From assembly GCA_963749495.1 (NCBI GenBank), contig CAVVMW010000018.1, forward strand, positions 128,001-192,000: 64,000 bases of DNA. Direction: 5' to 3'. The position numbers and the translations under genes are program-made. Of the stretch, positions 10,011 to 20,098 are shown piece by piece (position 1 is the stretch's first letter; the number at the start of each line of letters is the position of its first letter). The notes below the pieces were generated by a model, which saw nothing but the letters and a program-made list of their open reading frames with translations, did not search any database and was not told the DNA's origin. Origin of the DNA: an uncultured bacterium (GTDB taxonomy: Bacteria > Verrucomicrobiota > Verrucomicrobiia > Limisphaerales > UBA8199).

Positions 10011-10451
10011 CTCTGCCGCTATCCGGCGAGCGTCAAATATCGCGGCCGGGACTTGCAGACGAGGGTTGGGCAAGGCTGGCGGCTGGCTTACTTTTGCAAG
10101 ACGCAATACGCCAGCCTGCACGGTTGGGAGCATTTCCTGCGCTGTCATCGCACGGTGGTCGAGCTGCTGTCGTTTTGGCGGACGCTGGGTATTGGCGTGA
10201 GAATTTCCGATGACGGCGGCTATTGGCCGCGCCGGTCGGAAAAAGCGCTCCGGCGGCGCCTCGGCGAGATGAACAGCGTCGTGGCGGCCGCGGCCGGAGC
10301 TTTGAAAGATAGCGGAGGCGGCGCAGCGGTGGAGTCGCCGATTTTCCAGCATCGGCAATTTGAGAGCCTGGAGGCCGCTGGGGCGCAAAAGCACGGCAGA
10401 AAAGTGCTGCGGGCGGCCGAAATTATCGGCAAGCTGGCCTCCAAGAAATGA
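10006..10451 (+). pseudogene. C-terminal fragment of a conserved hypothetical protein (FCKTQYAS motif)
   Basis: Protein-like sequence GLCRYP...FCKTQYAS...DDGGYW with no 5' end. Confidence 0.55.
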
Positions 10452-10584
10452 ACGGAAGCCCTACGACTTTTCAACTGCAAGAGGCGCTGCGCCGTAGCCG
10501 GTCAGTGAAGGCGGAGACGGAGTGCGGGGCTGGCCCCCTCCACCCCGGCCCTCTCGGTGCATGGTTCGGGGCGTGGGAATCATC

Positions 10585-10785
10585 CCGTGTCGCGTAGCGA
10601 CGCAGTGAAGGTAGCCGTGGACCTCGGTCCACGGTTCACGGCGTGGGAATGGTCACGCGTCGCGTAGCGACGCCTGAGAGCGTCGTGGTTTTCAGGCGTC
10701 GCTGCGCGACGCGGTCGAGCTTGGGGCAATGGGTCCGTGGACTGGAAGTCCACGGCTACCATCGGGCACCGCTACGCGGTGAGCC
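10585..10785. repeat. REP-like palindromic element (GTCGCGTAGCGAC / CCGTGGAC..GTCCACGG); inverted copy 14403-14620
   Basis: Shared hairpin motifs in opposite orientation at the two loci. Confidence 0.8.
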
Positions 10786-11103
10786 GGTGGCAATACACGC
10801 TTCCACCTTCACTGAGGCCTTACGCTGCGCGCCGCCGTGGACCTGACGGACCTGCCCAAGGCTGTGAGCCCTACGACGATGAGCAAAGAGCACTCCGACC
10901 CAGACGCGCTAGAAAGGGGCGCATAATGGGGGTCCACGATGCACCTAATCTACCTCGAAAAGGGCTTCCGTCCGGAAGCCCTCACTGCAGGATCTACGTC
11001 CGCCGCTAAAGGCGGGTTCGAACCTGCAATAAGAATATGGACGCCCAACGTGGCGATTGCAAGCCCGAAAGCCTAGCTGAAATGAACCCCATGCTGCTGC
11101 TCT

Positions 11104-14100
11104 CTATCTCCCGGCTATCCTCTGGTTTTCGAACCAGACCGGGCCGCCCCATTTGCCGGTCACCACGATGTCCAGGTCCCCGTCCCCGTCCAGGTCCGCC
11201 ACGCAGATGTTGACACCGGAGCCAATGGCTTCGCCGTAGGAAATCACGTGCTTGGTCCAGACCGGCACGGGTTGGCGGGTGAGCTTGTAATAGTAGAGGC
11301 CCAGCGGCGCGGTCTCCTCGGGATCGCCGCCGTTGTGCGCCATGAACCGCTTGCCGGTGATGAGTTCGGGCACACCGCACCCGTCCAGGTCGGCCAGCGC
11401 CAGGCTATGGGCCTGCGTCCAGGAATTGTCGATCAAGTGTTGTTTGAACGTGATCTGGTTTCCGTGCCGAACCTGCTCGTACCAGAAAATCCCGTAACCA
11501 TGGGCGGAGGAAGTGATGAGGTCGTTCAGGCCGTCCCCGTTCACATCATAGACCAGTATCTGAGGGGTGTGTTCGGCTTTGCCGTCCAGGCCGCCCAGCG
11601 CCAGCGGGTGCTCTACCCATTGGCCGTTGCGCGGGTCCGCAGGCGCCTCGAACCACGCATCCGGGCGGATGAAATCGGGCCGGCCGTCCCCGTTGACATC
11701 GCCCACCCCGACGCCCCAGTTCATGAACTTCTGGGAGACGACGTGCCGGGCGAAGCCGCCCTTGCCTTCCGGGCCTTTGACCACTTCGTACCAGGCCGTG
11801 TGCGCCACCGTCGGCACCACCGCCTGCGCCTTGCCATCACCGATGACGTCGTACAATTCGGCGGTTTCGAAGTTGCCGTTCTCCTCGATCAGGGCCTCGG
11901 GCCATTGGCCGCCGTCCACACCCACGTTGCGGAACCACACCGCGTGTTTGTCGAACCAATCGACGCTCACCAGGTCGGGCCTGTCCGGTCGTTCTATCGC
12001 TATCGGCAGGTTGGCAAAGTCCCACCGATAGCCCTTGCCCTGCTCATCCACGCTGCCTTTGAGGGTCCGGATCTTCACGGGCTTCCAATCCGGGGCCAGG
12101 TAGAGGTCACTCGCCCGCGACCACGTCCAGCTTGCCGTCGCCGTTGAAGTCCGCCACGCCGCAGGCCTCGCTGCGGAAGTTGCCGATGCGGTGCATGACG
12201 AAACGCACCGGACCGGTCCCCGAGCCTCTGGGGCCCTGGACTTGAAAGGCCTGCTTGAGCGTGGCCTTGGCCTGGCCGGCGAGGGCGGAGGCCGGGTCCG
12301 CCTGCGTGACCTGGTAGAGAGGGTCGATGATGGCGGGCACGCTGGCCGCCGCCTGGGGACCCTCGAGCAGCGCCCCAGCCACGGCCAGGATGGCAGCCCC
12401 GGCTTCCTTGGCAGTGGCGGGGTTGTCCAACGCGGGCACAACCAACGCGAGGGACTCAGCCGACGCGATGCCACCCAAGGCGCTGAGCAGCAGCTTTCTT
12501 TGCTCCGGCTCCTCACTGAGGGCCAGGGCTTGCCGGCACATGGCCAGGCGCTGTGGCGGGGGCAACTCTTCGTTGCGGGCCATGCCAAGGTAGCCGCGCA
12601 AACACACCAGCCTCTCGGCGCGCTCAGGCAGGGTCCTGGCGAGCTCGAGCAGGTCCGGGGCCGCCTGGGCGTTGTGCCATTGCGCCAGCGTGTGAATGGC
12701 CGCGCGCCGCGTGTCGCCGTCGGCATCCGAGACCGCCGCCCGCACCGCCCGCAGGGCCTTGCCGCCGCCGACTCCACCCAGGACACGCAGCAGCAGGCAA
12801 CGGCAGGCTGGGTTGGCGCCTGTCAATTGCCCAATGAGGTGCTCCGAGCAAACCTCCGGGCTTTTGGCCCGCGCGCACGCTCGTGCCAGCGCCTGCTCGA
12901 CCGAAGCGAGGTCAAGGGCGCCATCGGCGCCGGACAACAACCCCGCCAGCGCCGGCACTTCCGCGTCGCCGGCCAGGTCGCCCAGGGCACTGAGCGCCGC
13001 GCGGCTGAGCGCGGAGTCGCTCGCCCCGGCGATCTTCAAGAGCTTGGGCAGGGCCGCGCGCAGCCGGCGGCGGCCGGCCATCTGCACCCCCGCCAGGCGC
13101 CGGCTGGCACTCTGGCTATCGAGCATCGCCAACACCGCTGAGTCCGCCTCGGGACCTGGAACGCTGACCAGGCCCTCCTGGGCCGCCGCTGCCACCGCCC
13201 TATCGTCGTCCCCTGCCATTTCGCTCAAAAGCGGCTCGAAGGACGCGTTGCCCGCCATTGCCCGGAGCGCTGCCAGGCGTGGCGCCACTTCCCCGGCGCG
13301 CGCCGCCTTGCCCAGGGCCCGTCCAGCCGCCTCATCGCCCCGCACACCCATCGCTTGAATCAGTGGAACCTGCCTGGCCGCCGGCAGTTTGGCCAGTTCG
13401 CCCGCCAGTGCCTCGCTCACCTCGGCTCCCGGCAAATCCTGCTGGATCATCCCCAGCACCGCGGCGAACACCGCGCGATCATCGCTCTCCAGTTGCCGGG
13501 TCAAGAGCTTCAGACCGTTGGGGTCCCCGGCCAGGATGGCGCCGCGAACGGCCGCTGCCCGGACTGGCGCCGGCGCTTGGGAGGCGCCCACCTGCTGATA
13601 GATGGACGCCGCTTCGGCCCGGTCGCCGGCCGCCTGCAGCGTATCGGCGCATTGCACCAGGTCCGCACAGAGCTCCCCCTGGAGGCCGGCGGGGGCGCTG
13701 GGCAGGGCGGCTTCGAGTGCCCTGGCGGCCTGAGGTGTGCCAATCCGCCCGAGCGCAGCCGCTGCAGCCAAAGCCAGCGCCGGCTCCGAACCGCGCAGAA
13801 ACCTGCTCAACGGCTCCACCGCCTGGGCATCACGGCGCGCGCCAATGCTGGTTATGACCCCCGCAAGGTCCCGTCCCTTCAGCCGGTCCAGTGCCTGCCG
13901 CAGCGCCGCGTCCACGGCCGGGTCCGGTATGGCCTCCAGCGCGGAGCGCGCCAAATCCGCGAGCTGCTCGTCCCCCAGCAACGCCGCCAGTTTCGGCACC
14001 GCCTCGCCAGTGCCGATCTGTGCGAGCCGCTGAGCGGCCACCCACTTCTCCCCCAGAGACGCACTCGAGGTCAAGGTGGCCAGAAGCTCTGCCTGCGAGG

Positions 14101-14188
14101 GCGGCGTCGGCGCCGCGTCCGCAGCCAGGCCGCGACTCAAAGCGAACCCGCCAAAAACGAGCGCCGCCAGCATTGTCGTAGTCTTCAT
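11104..14188 (-). CDS. Secreted HEAT-repeat plus FG-GAP/VCBS-repeat protein (frameshift near 12109)
   Basis: Signal peptide, Ala/Leu-rich HEAT repeats, then DFNGDGKLDV / DVNGDGRPD / DLDGDGDLD repeats spanning two frames. Confidence 0.8.
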
Positions 14189-14940
14189 CGGTCGTCGGTC
14201 CAGGAGTATCCACACAGCAGTTCCGCGTGTCGAGTGCGGTTTCGGGCACATCGCGTCACCGCTCCCGGAACGCCGCATTTATGCGGCTGCAGCCTGAGAA
14301 TTGGCGGGGGCTGCCGGCTAACGCCGGTTCATCCGGAAAGTTCCGGCGTAGAGTGATGAAGGCCGAACAATCTGACGACCAGGACTTGGCATGCCGGGAC
14401 CCTGCGTCACCGCGTAGCGGTGCGTGCTGGTAGCCGTGGACTTCCAGTCCACGGATTCATGGCCCCCGCGCACGCGTGTCGCGTAGCGACGCCTGAAAGC
14501 AGGATTCGATTGGCCAGCGCGAGGCGGTCAGGCGTCGCTGCGCGACGCGCGGCCGTCTCCACGCGCCAAACCGTGGACCGAGGTCCACCGCTAACTTCAC
14601 TGCGTCGCTCCGCGACGCAGGCGCTCCGCTTTCTGTTCCGCGAAGTGTGCGAGAGGCAGAAGGGGAGGTCACTCGATGATAGTGCCTGCCCTTTGGCAGG
14701 CTGGCTGGGGGGGCTTTGCCTGGCGCCGGGCATTTCGCGTGTGGGCCAACGTCAGCCGGCTTCCCGGCTGCGGAATCTCCACCCGCACCGCCCGCCAAAA
14801 CCGCCGCCGCCCGCCAGCGCGGCCCTGCGGTGGGCGAACATCGCCAGAAACCCCGCAAACTTCGCCCGGTGATACCCTCTGCCAGCTCTCGCAGGATGCG
14901 GCCGCAATGAGTTGAGATCGAAAACCAATTCTCCCTCAGC

Positions 14941-14990
14941 CGCGCAGCCCCAGTACAAGCGGGCGGGCAAAAAAGCAAATTCCTATCAAT
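14941..14990 (+). repeat. Copy 1 of ~45-50 bp direct repeat (IS91 oriIS-like end); other copies 17987-18035, 18306-18351 plus 18908-18911, and 20024-20073
   Basis: CGCGCAGCCCCAGTACAAGCGGGCGGGCAAAAAAGCAAATTCCTAT seen four times in the same orientation. Confidence 0.9.
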
Positions 14991-15105
14991 GTGCGGTTGT
15001 CCAGGTTCGGGCGAAATGCAACGAATGACCTCACCGTGCCTTGGCTTTCTGTTTTTTTCTTGTCCGCTTCTTCCTCCGGGCGGCTATATAACCTGCGAAA
15101 GAACG

Positions 15106-16743
15106 ATGACAGAGGATCGGCAATTATTGCGCCGGTACGCCGAGGGATCGGAAGAAGCCTTCGGTGAACTCGTGGCGCGGCACGTGAGCTTGGTGTATTC
15201 GACGGCGCTCCGCCGGGTGGGGGGCGATGCGCATCTGGCCCAGGACGTCGCGCAAATGGTGTTCACCGAGTTGGCCCGCCAAGCGGGTTTCCTGCCCGGG
15301 CAGGTGGTCCTTGCGGGCTGGCTCCACCGTGCCACCTGCTATACGGCTGCACAGGTGCTCCGGACCGAACGCCGGCGCCGGGCTCGCGAAGAGAAAGCCG
15401 TGGCTATGAACCTGCCCGACCCCGCCCCACTGGCTGAATGGGAGGACCTCCGTCTCCTTGTGGATGAGGCCCTTGAACAACTCGGGAGCACCGACCGCGA
15501 TGCGCTGTTGCTCCGGTTCTTCCAGCAACGCAGCCTGGCCGAGGTGGGCCAGGCCTTGGGCGCGAGCGAGGAAGCGGCCCGTAAACGCGTGGATCGCGCG
15601 CTCGAAAAGCTCCGCCATTACCTGAGCCGGCGAGGAATCAAGGCCACCGCCGGGGCCCTGGCCGCGGTGCTCTGGGCTAACGCCGTCCAGACAGCCCCGG
15701 CCGGCCTGGGTTCACTCCTGGCGGGAACGGCGGTTTCCTCAGCGGCATCCACTAGTTCACTGGCTCTATTACTGCTTCGATTTATGGCTCTCACAAAATT
15801 GCAGACCGCCGCGGCTTGTCTCGTCGTTGCCGCCGCACCCGTCGCCCTCCAGTGGCATGCGCTTTCATCCGCACGGGCCGAAGGACCCGCCTTGCGAAAC
15901 CAAGTGGTTCAAATCCAGGAAGAATCGGCGGCCCAGCGCCGTCTGCTGGACCAAACCGATCGGCGCCATCGATATGCGGAGAAGGCCTTGGCCGACGCTC
16001 GCTCTGACATCGCGGGGCATTTGGCGCGCATCAGGGCCGTCGGCAGTCCGGACGATCCGGGCCTCTATCTCTGGTCCGAAGGCTCCGAATACGTGCGGTT
16101 GCCCAAGCGACTTGCGAAGTCGCTGACCTTGTCCGGCACTGCCGGCGTTCCCGCAGCCGGATCCACCAATCGAGTGGAGCAGCCGCCGGTTTCCAACGAC
16201 GGGTCGCTCTCTTCCGCCGTGATCGAATCGCTCCAGGTCACCAGTCAGGAGCAGGCACGCGTGCAACAGGCGTTCCAGGATCTGAAGGAGGCTTACACCG
16301 GCTTGGTTCAGGACCATACCTACCTTACCAATACGCCTCCGCCGGAATTGGGCGTCGGAACTCGGGAATCGCGCACCTTGGTGACGCAGGGATTTCCCGA
16401 GGCCGGCGAGCCCCTCAAACAACGACTGCGTGAGGATCTTGAGGCTTCCCTGGGCGCGGAGCGCGCCGAGGTGCTTTGGCAGCAGGCTGAACAGGTCTTC
16501 CGCGAGCAGTTCAATGATTTTGGCACGCGGAACCGCATCGAAACCGTCGCCCTCGGTCCGGACAAAACCGTCTCCTATTGGAAGGTGTCCCGGCTGCCCG
16601 CTGCTGAGGGCGGCCTGGCGGAGACCGGCTCGTGCAGTTGGGAGGATAGGCCGGGACAACAGAGCGCGGTGAACCTCCCTGAGCCGCTTCGGGAGTTTGT
16701 GGCTGAATGGCGGCAGCGCGCGGCCAACGGCGAGCACCCATAA
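15106..16743 (+). CDS. ECF RNA polymerase sigma factor with transmembrane segment and long C-terminal extension
   Basis: EAFGELVARH, AQDVAQMVF, LAGWL and AARKRVDRALEKLR (sigma regions 2 and 4), followed by a hydrophobic segment and a coiled coil. Confidence 0.92.
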   Translation: MTEDRQLLRRYAEGSEEAFGELVARHVSLVYSTALRRVGGDAHLAQDVAQMVFTELARQAGFLPGQVVLAGWLHRATCYTAAQVLRTERRRRAREEKAVAMNLPDPAPLAEWEDLRLLVDEALEQLGSTDRDALLLRFFQQRSLAEVGQALGASEEAARKRVDRALEKLRHYLSRRGIKATAGALAAVLWANAVQTAPAGLGSLLAGTAVSSAASTSSLALLLLRFMALTKLQTAAACLVVAAAPVALQWHALSSARAEGPALRNQVVQIQEESAAQRRLLDQTDRRHRYAEKALADARSDIAGHLARIRAVGSPDDPGLYLWSEGSEYVRLPKRLAKSLTLSGTAGVPAAGSTNRVEQPPVSNDGSLSSAVIESLQVTSQEQARVQQAFQDLKEAYTGLVQDHTYLTNTPPPELGVGTRESRTLVTQGFPEAGEPLKQRLREDLEASLGAERAEVLWQQAEQVFREQFNDFGTRNRIETVALGPDKTVSYWKVSRLPAAEGGLAETGSCSWEDRPGQQSAVNLPEPLREFVAEWRQRAANGEHP

Positions 16744-16757
16744 CCAGGTCTTCATTT

Positions 16758-17663
16758 ATGAATAACTTGTTCGTTGCACTCCTGCTGTTCGCCGCCACGA
16801 GCGCCTTTTACCTCTCCCAACACGCCGCGCTTTCGAAGGAGCGCCAATCCAATCAAGCCCTGGCGACCCAACTCGACAACGCCCGCGCCGGCTTGGACGC
16901 GTTGACTCAGCAAGTGGCACGGGCCCAGATCCGTTTGACAGAACGCCGGGACGAACTGGCTGCAGCACGGGAGGACCTGGCCCGCGTGGCGAAGGCGGCG
17001 CGGGCGATCGAGCCGCCGCTCTCGAACCCGGCTGCGGAAGGGGCCTGGCCCGCTGCCAAACCGTATTTTTATCTCCTCAAGAAGCGCCTTCGCGAAGTGG
17101 GGTATGCCCCCCTGCGCCCGGATAAGCACCTGAGCAACGTAGCCAGCACTTTGTTCGGTATGAGCCCGGCCGAGGGAGCGGCGGTGGACAACAGCATTCA
17201 CAGGCTCCGCGAAGCGGTCCAGCAACTCCAAGCCGCTCACGCGCAGCTTGAGCCGGCTTCACCCGGCCAAAACTCCTCCGCTCACCAGGAGATTACCTAC
17301 CGGATGCCCCAGTTGGCCAATGAATTCAACGAGTTGGAACTGGAATGTGAGGCCAGCATTGCCGCCGCCCTGGGCGAGAGCCGATCCAGTTCATTCCTCG
17401 AAGCAGCGAGGCCGCTTCTGGAACAGACTTACGGCCAATACGGGAACCAGGCCTATTCGCTGACTTTTTACGCCGATCTGGACGACTCCGGCCAAGTCAA
17501 TCATCACCTCGAGTTTGTCCTGGACAATGGGTCCGGCAAAGCACGTTACGGTTACGGAGTCGATTTCCCGCTGACGCCGGAGTCCCCGCTGTGGGACTAC
17601 CGCCATCTTTTTGGCCAGGAGCCGTTGATTGCGCCCACACGCGCTCCGGGTCGCACCCCGTGA
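16758..17663 (+). CDS. Exported coiled-coil protein, paralogous to the ECF C-terminal extension
   Basis: Signal anchor; W....Y..L.K and LG..R....(W/F) segments align by eye with the ECF tail. Confidence 0.75.
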   Translation: MNNLFVALLLFAATSAFYLSQHAALSKERQSNQALATQLDNARAGLDALTQQVARAQIRLTERRDELAAAREDLARVAKAARAIEPPLSNPAAEGAWPAAKPYFYLLKKRLREVGYAPLRPDKHLSNVASTLFGMSPAEGAAVDNSIHRLREAVQQLQAAHAQLEPASPGQNSSAHQEITYRMPQLANEFNELELECEASIAAALGESRSSSFLEAARPLLEQTYGQYGNQAYSLTFYADLDDSGQVNHHLEFVLDNGSGKARYGYGVDFPLTPESPLWDYRHLFGQEPLIAPTRAPGRTP

Positions 17664-17831
17664 ACTGCCACCCAACCGATCCGAGTTGGCTCGGAGGCGA
17701 TGCGAGTCTCCCGATCATGATCAAACTCGCCTAGCGGAACTTTCCGTTGGGTTCGGGGTTTGACATTTTGGCCCACCGAACACCCTTGTGCTGCAGGTGG
17801 AGCGGGTGGTTGCTTTGAGGAGTTCAGCCAT

Positions 17832-17984
17832 ATGAAAACACTCAGGAGGATAAATGAATCGGCGGTCTCGATGGCGGGTTCTGTGAAGCTGAGGGTGGCG
17901 GCGGTTCGATCTGCCGTTTTGGCCTTTGGCTTCGGCCTGGCCCTCGGCTCACAGGGGGCCTCGGACACCCTGACCCCGCGATAA
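17832..17984 (+). pseudogene. Signal-peptide-only gene stub ending at repeat copy 2
   Basis: MKTLRRIN...AVLAFGFGLALGSQGA then a stop 3 bp before the repeat. Confidence 0.45.
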
Positions 17985-18157
17985 CCCGCGCAGCCCCAGT
18001 ACAAGCGGGCGGGCAAAAAGCAAATTCCTATCAATTCATCGGCCAAATCATCCTCATCCGCGCCGCGATCGAACGCGGCCAGAAATAGAACCGCGGAACA
18101 CGCGGAACACGCGGAAAAAGAAATCCCCTTCCGCGTATTCCGCGTATTCCGCGGTCA

Positions 18158-18183
18158 AAAAAAAGCCCGGCGCAAGCCGGGCC
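18158..18183 (-). terminator. Rho-independent terminator-like hairpin
   Basis: A-run followed by GCCCGGC GCAA GCCGGGC. Confidence 0.55.
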
Positions 18184-18351
18184 AGTGTCTTTAGCCTTTA
18201 GCCTTCAGCCTTCAGCCTTTCCGCCGCCGCCTCCCCCATCGTCTCGTGCGCGCCGCCGCCAGCCGCACTGAGTGCCGCCAGCGTCTCCGCCGAAAAGTGC
18301 TCAGCCGCGCAGCGCCAGTACAAGCGGGCGGGCCCAAAAGCAAATTCCTAT

Positions 18352-18907
18352 GTGCAGCCTTCAACCTTGGACATGCTCACAGGTGAAAGTCCTGCCTCGG
18401 CAATGGATGGTTGGGCCGAGTAGTGATCATGGAAAGTATGCCAAAGCAAAGAAGGGAAGGTGAGGCGAACGGCCCGCGAGGGCAAAGACCGCCCAGAGCA
18501 AGCCGAACAGGCCCACCTGTCCGCCGTAGCTTTAGCGAAGGCGGAAGCTGGATGGAGTTCGTCAGACCGGCGCATCAGGCCGTAGTAGCGTTTGCAGGCG
18601 CGGGGATAATAAACCGTGCTGAGCCAAGGGCCTGTGGGCACAGCCGCGAACCGATACGTCTGGACTCTGAGCCAGACACGGAAAGGAACGCAGGCTTCGC
18701 GTCAAACGCAGCCGGGGACGGCTGCGGAAGGGCGCCGAGCGACAAGGCTGGCTTCCAACCGTACCGGGGAAAACTCGCCGTACGGGATGATGAGAGGGGG
18801 TGGGGGAAACGTGGGCAGGACCTGATGGCCATTTGCCACGATGCTCGAAAGGGCAGAGACACAGGAAGCCATTGGTCTAAACCGGTCGCGCCTCCACTCC
18901 ACTCGAC
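18352..18907 (+). ncRNA. ORF-less group II intron-like RNA (556 nt)
   Basis: 5' GTGCAG (GUGYG-like), CAGGTGAAAGTCCTG, domain V-like AACCGTACCGGGGAAAACTCGCCGTACGG followed by GAGAGGGGG, 3' end ACTCGAC; removal restores TTCCTAT|CAGT, matching the other repeat copies. Confidence 0.8.
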
Positions 18908-19029
18908 CAGTGAGTCCCGGGGAAGCCAGGTTAACCGTAAACTTGTCTTACACTCTTCAACGAAAAACGTGTCATCCCATTGCAAATCAACCACTTATGA
19001 ACGTTCCTGACCCTCGTCTCCGCCATCTG

Positions 19030-19046
19030 CGTCGGAAAACCTTACG
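19030..19046 (+). promoter_or_regulatory. Candidate enhancer-binding-protein site (PEP-CTERM-box-like)
   Basis: CGT-N11-ACG dyad (CGTCGGAAAACCTTACG) about 120 bp upstream of the sigma54-like promoter. Confidence 0.35.
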
Positions 19047-19166
19047 TTCAGCGGCGTCCCTCACCTGGGTCCGCCAGAAACGGCCGTATCGAACCCAACT
19101 CACAACATTCTCTGCCGCAGCAACTTACATAGGCAATGTCTTTCCAAATGCCCGCCTTCGTACGCT

Positions 19167-19182
19167 TGGCATGGCGCCTGCT
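19167..19182 (+). promoter_or_regulatory. Sigma54-type promoter (-24/-12)
   Basis: TGGCATGGCGCCTGCT with GG-N10-GC spacing upstream of a PEP-CTERM gene. Confidence 0.6.
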
Positions 19183-19258
19183 CATCCTCAACTGATTTCG
19201 ATAATCGTATCTTAGCGAAATGCGAAAGCAAGAACCGAAGATCACAAACGCAAATACG

Positions 19259-19813
19259 ATGAAAAACGCCTTTGAAAAATTATCGGTGCTGGCGGTAGTA
19301 CTGGCGAGCTGCGCACTGTTGTGCCAGCAAGCTCGCGCCGCGCAAATCACAGGCGCCATTGACTTCGGCGGGCTGGCTACCTTGAACAGCGCCAACTTGG
19401 CTGCCGCGACTGAGGTGACCGCGTGGCCAATTACATTGGCAATTCCCAGCGGGGACTTTGCCGCCTATGTCAGCTTTTTGGAGGCTGCAACATTCAAGAA
19501 TTCATGGTCCTTCAACAGTGGTCCGATCTCCGGCTTCTGGAAGGTTGGTGGATTCACGTTCGACCTCACTGCCTCTTCGGTCTATTCGCAGAGCGCGACG
19601 TTTCTGGAGGTTACCGGAACCGGCGCAGTCTCTGGGAACGGCTATGACTCGACGGCTGGGACCTTCACTTTTACTACCACGGGCCCATCCGGCAGCGATT
19701 ACTTCTTCTTCAGCGCCGCAAGTGCCTCAGTTCCTGACGGCGGTCTGACCCTCTCCTTCCTCGGCTTCGCGCTTATGGGGGTGGAAGGCCTGCGCCGCAA
19801 GTTGGGCAAGTAA
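19259..19813 (+). CDS. VPDSG-type PEP-CTERM sorting-domain protein
   Basis: Signal peptide, Ser/Thr/Gly-rich body, and C-terminal VPDGG + hydrophobic helix + RRK. Confidence 0.9.
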   Translation: MKNAFEKLSVLAVVLASCALLCQQARAAQITGAIDFGGLATLNSANLAAATEVTAWPITLAIPSGDFAAYVSFLEAATFKNSWSFNSGPISGFWKVGGFTFDLTASSVYSQSATFLEVTGTGAVSGNGYDSTAGTFTFTTTGPSGSDYFFFSAASASVPDGGLTLSFLGFALMGVEGLRRKLGK

Positions 19814-19865
19814 GGCGGCGGTTTCGGCGAAAAGCCAATACACGGTTTTCGAGGGAAACTCGGAA

Positions 19866-19888
19866 AGGGCAGGACGAAAGTCCTGCCC
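19866..19888 (+). terminator. Hairpin downstream of the PEP-CTERM gene
   Basis: AGGGCAGGAC GAAA GTCCTGCCCT perfect stem. Confidence 0.55.
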
Positions 19889-20098
19889 TGGTTGCCAAAA
19901 GCCTTCTATTCTCGCCATTTCGGTGCCGGCATTACGCCGCCCACCAGCGCCAGATTCCGTCATCCCCGTCTCTCTTCCGCTTTCGCGACCGGCGCTCCCA
20001 CGCCATTCGCTTGCGGGCTCACTCGCGCAGCCCCAGTACAAGCGGGCGGGCAAAAAAGCAAATTCCTATGAGTTCAAGCGCCGCCAGCATTGTCTTCT

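Noticed and set aside
9423..10451. 342-aa ORF as one real gene
   Set aside because: Its first 190 or so codons are antisense to the HerA and RM-like remnants; only the 3' part is protein-like
11010..11030. tRNA fragment (GGTTCGAA)
   Set aside because: Only a short palindrome with a 6-nt loop; no cloverleaf
14941..20073. CRISPR array or integron attC array
   Set aside because: Spacing is 0.3-3 kb and irregular, there are no cas genes, and the repeats lack RYYYAAC/GTTRRRY palindromic ends
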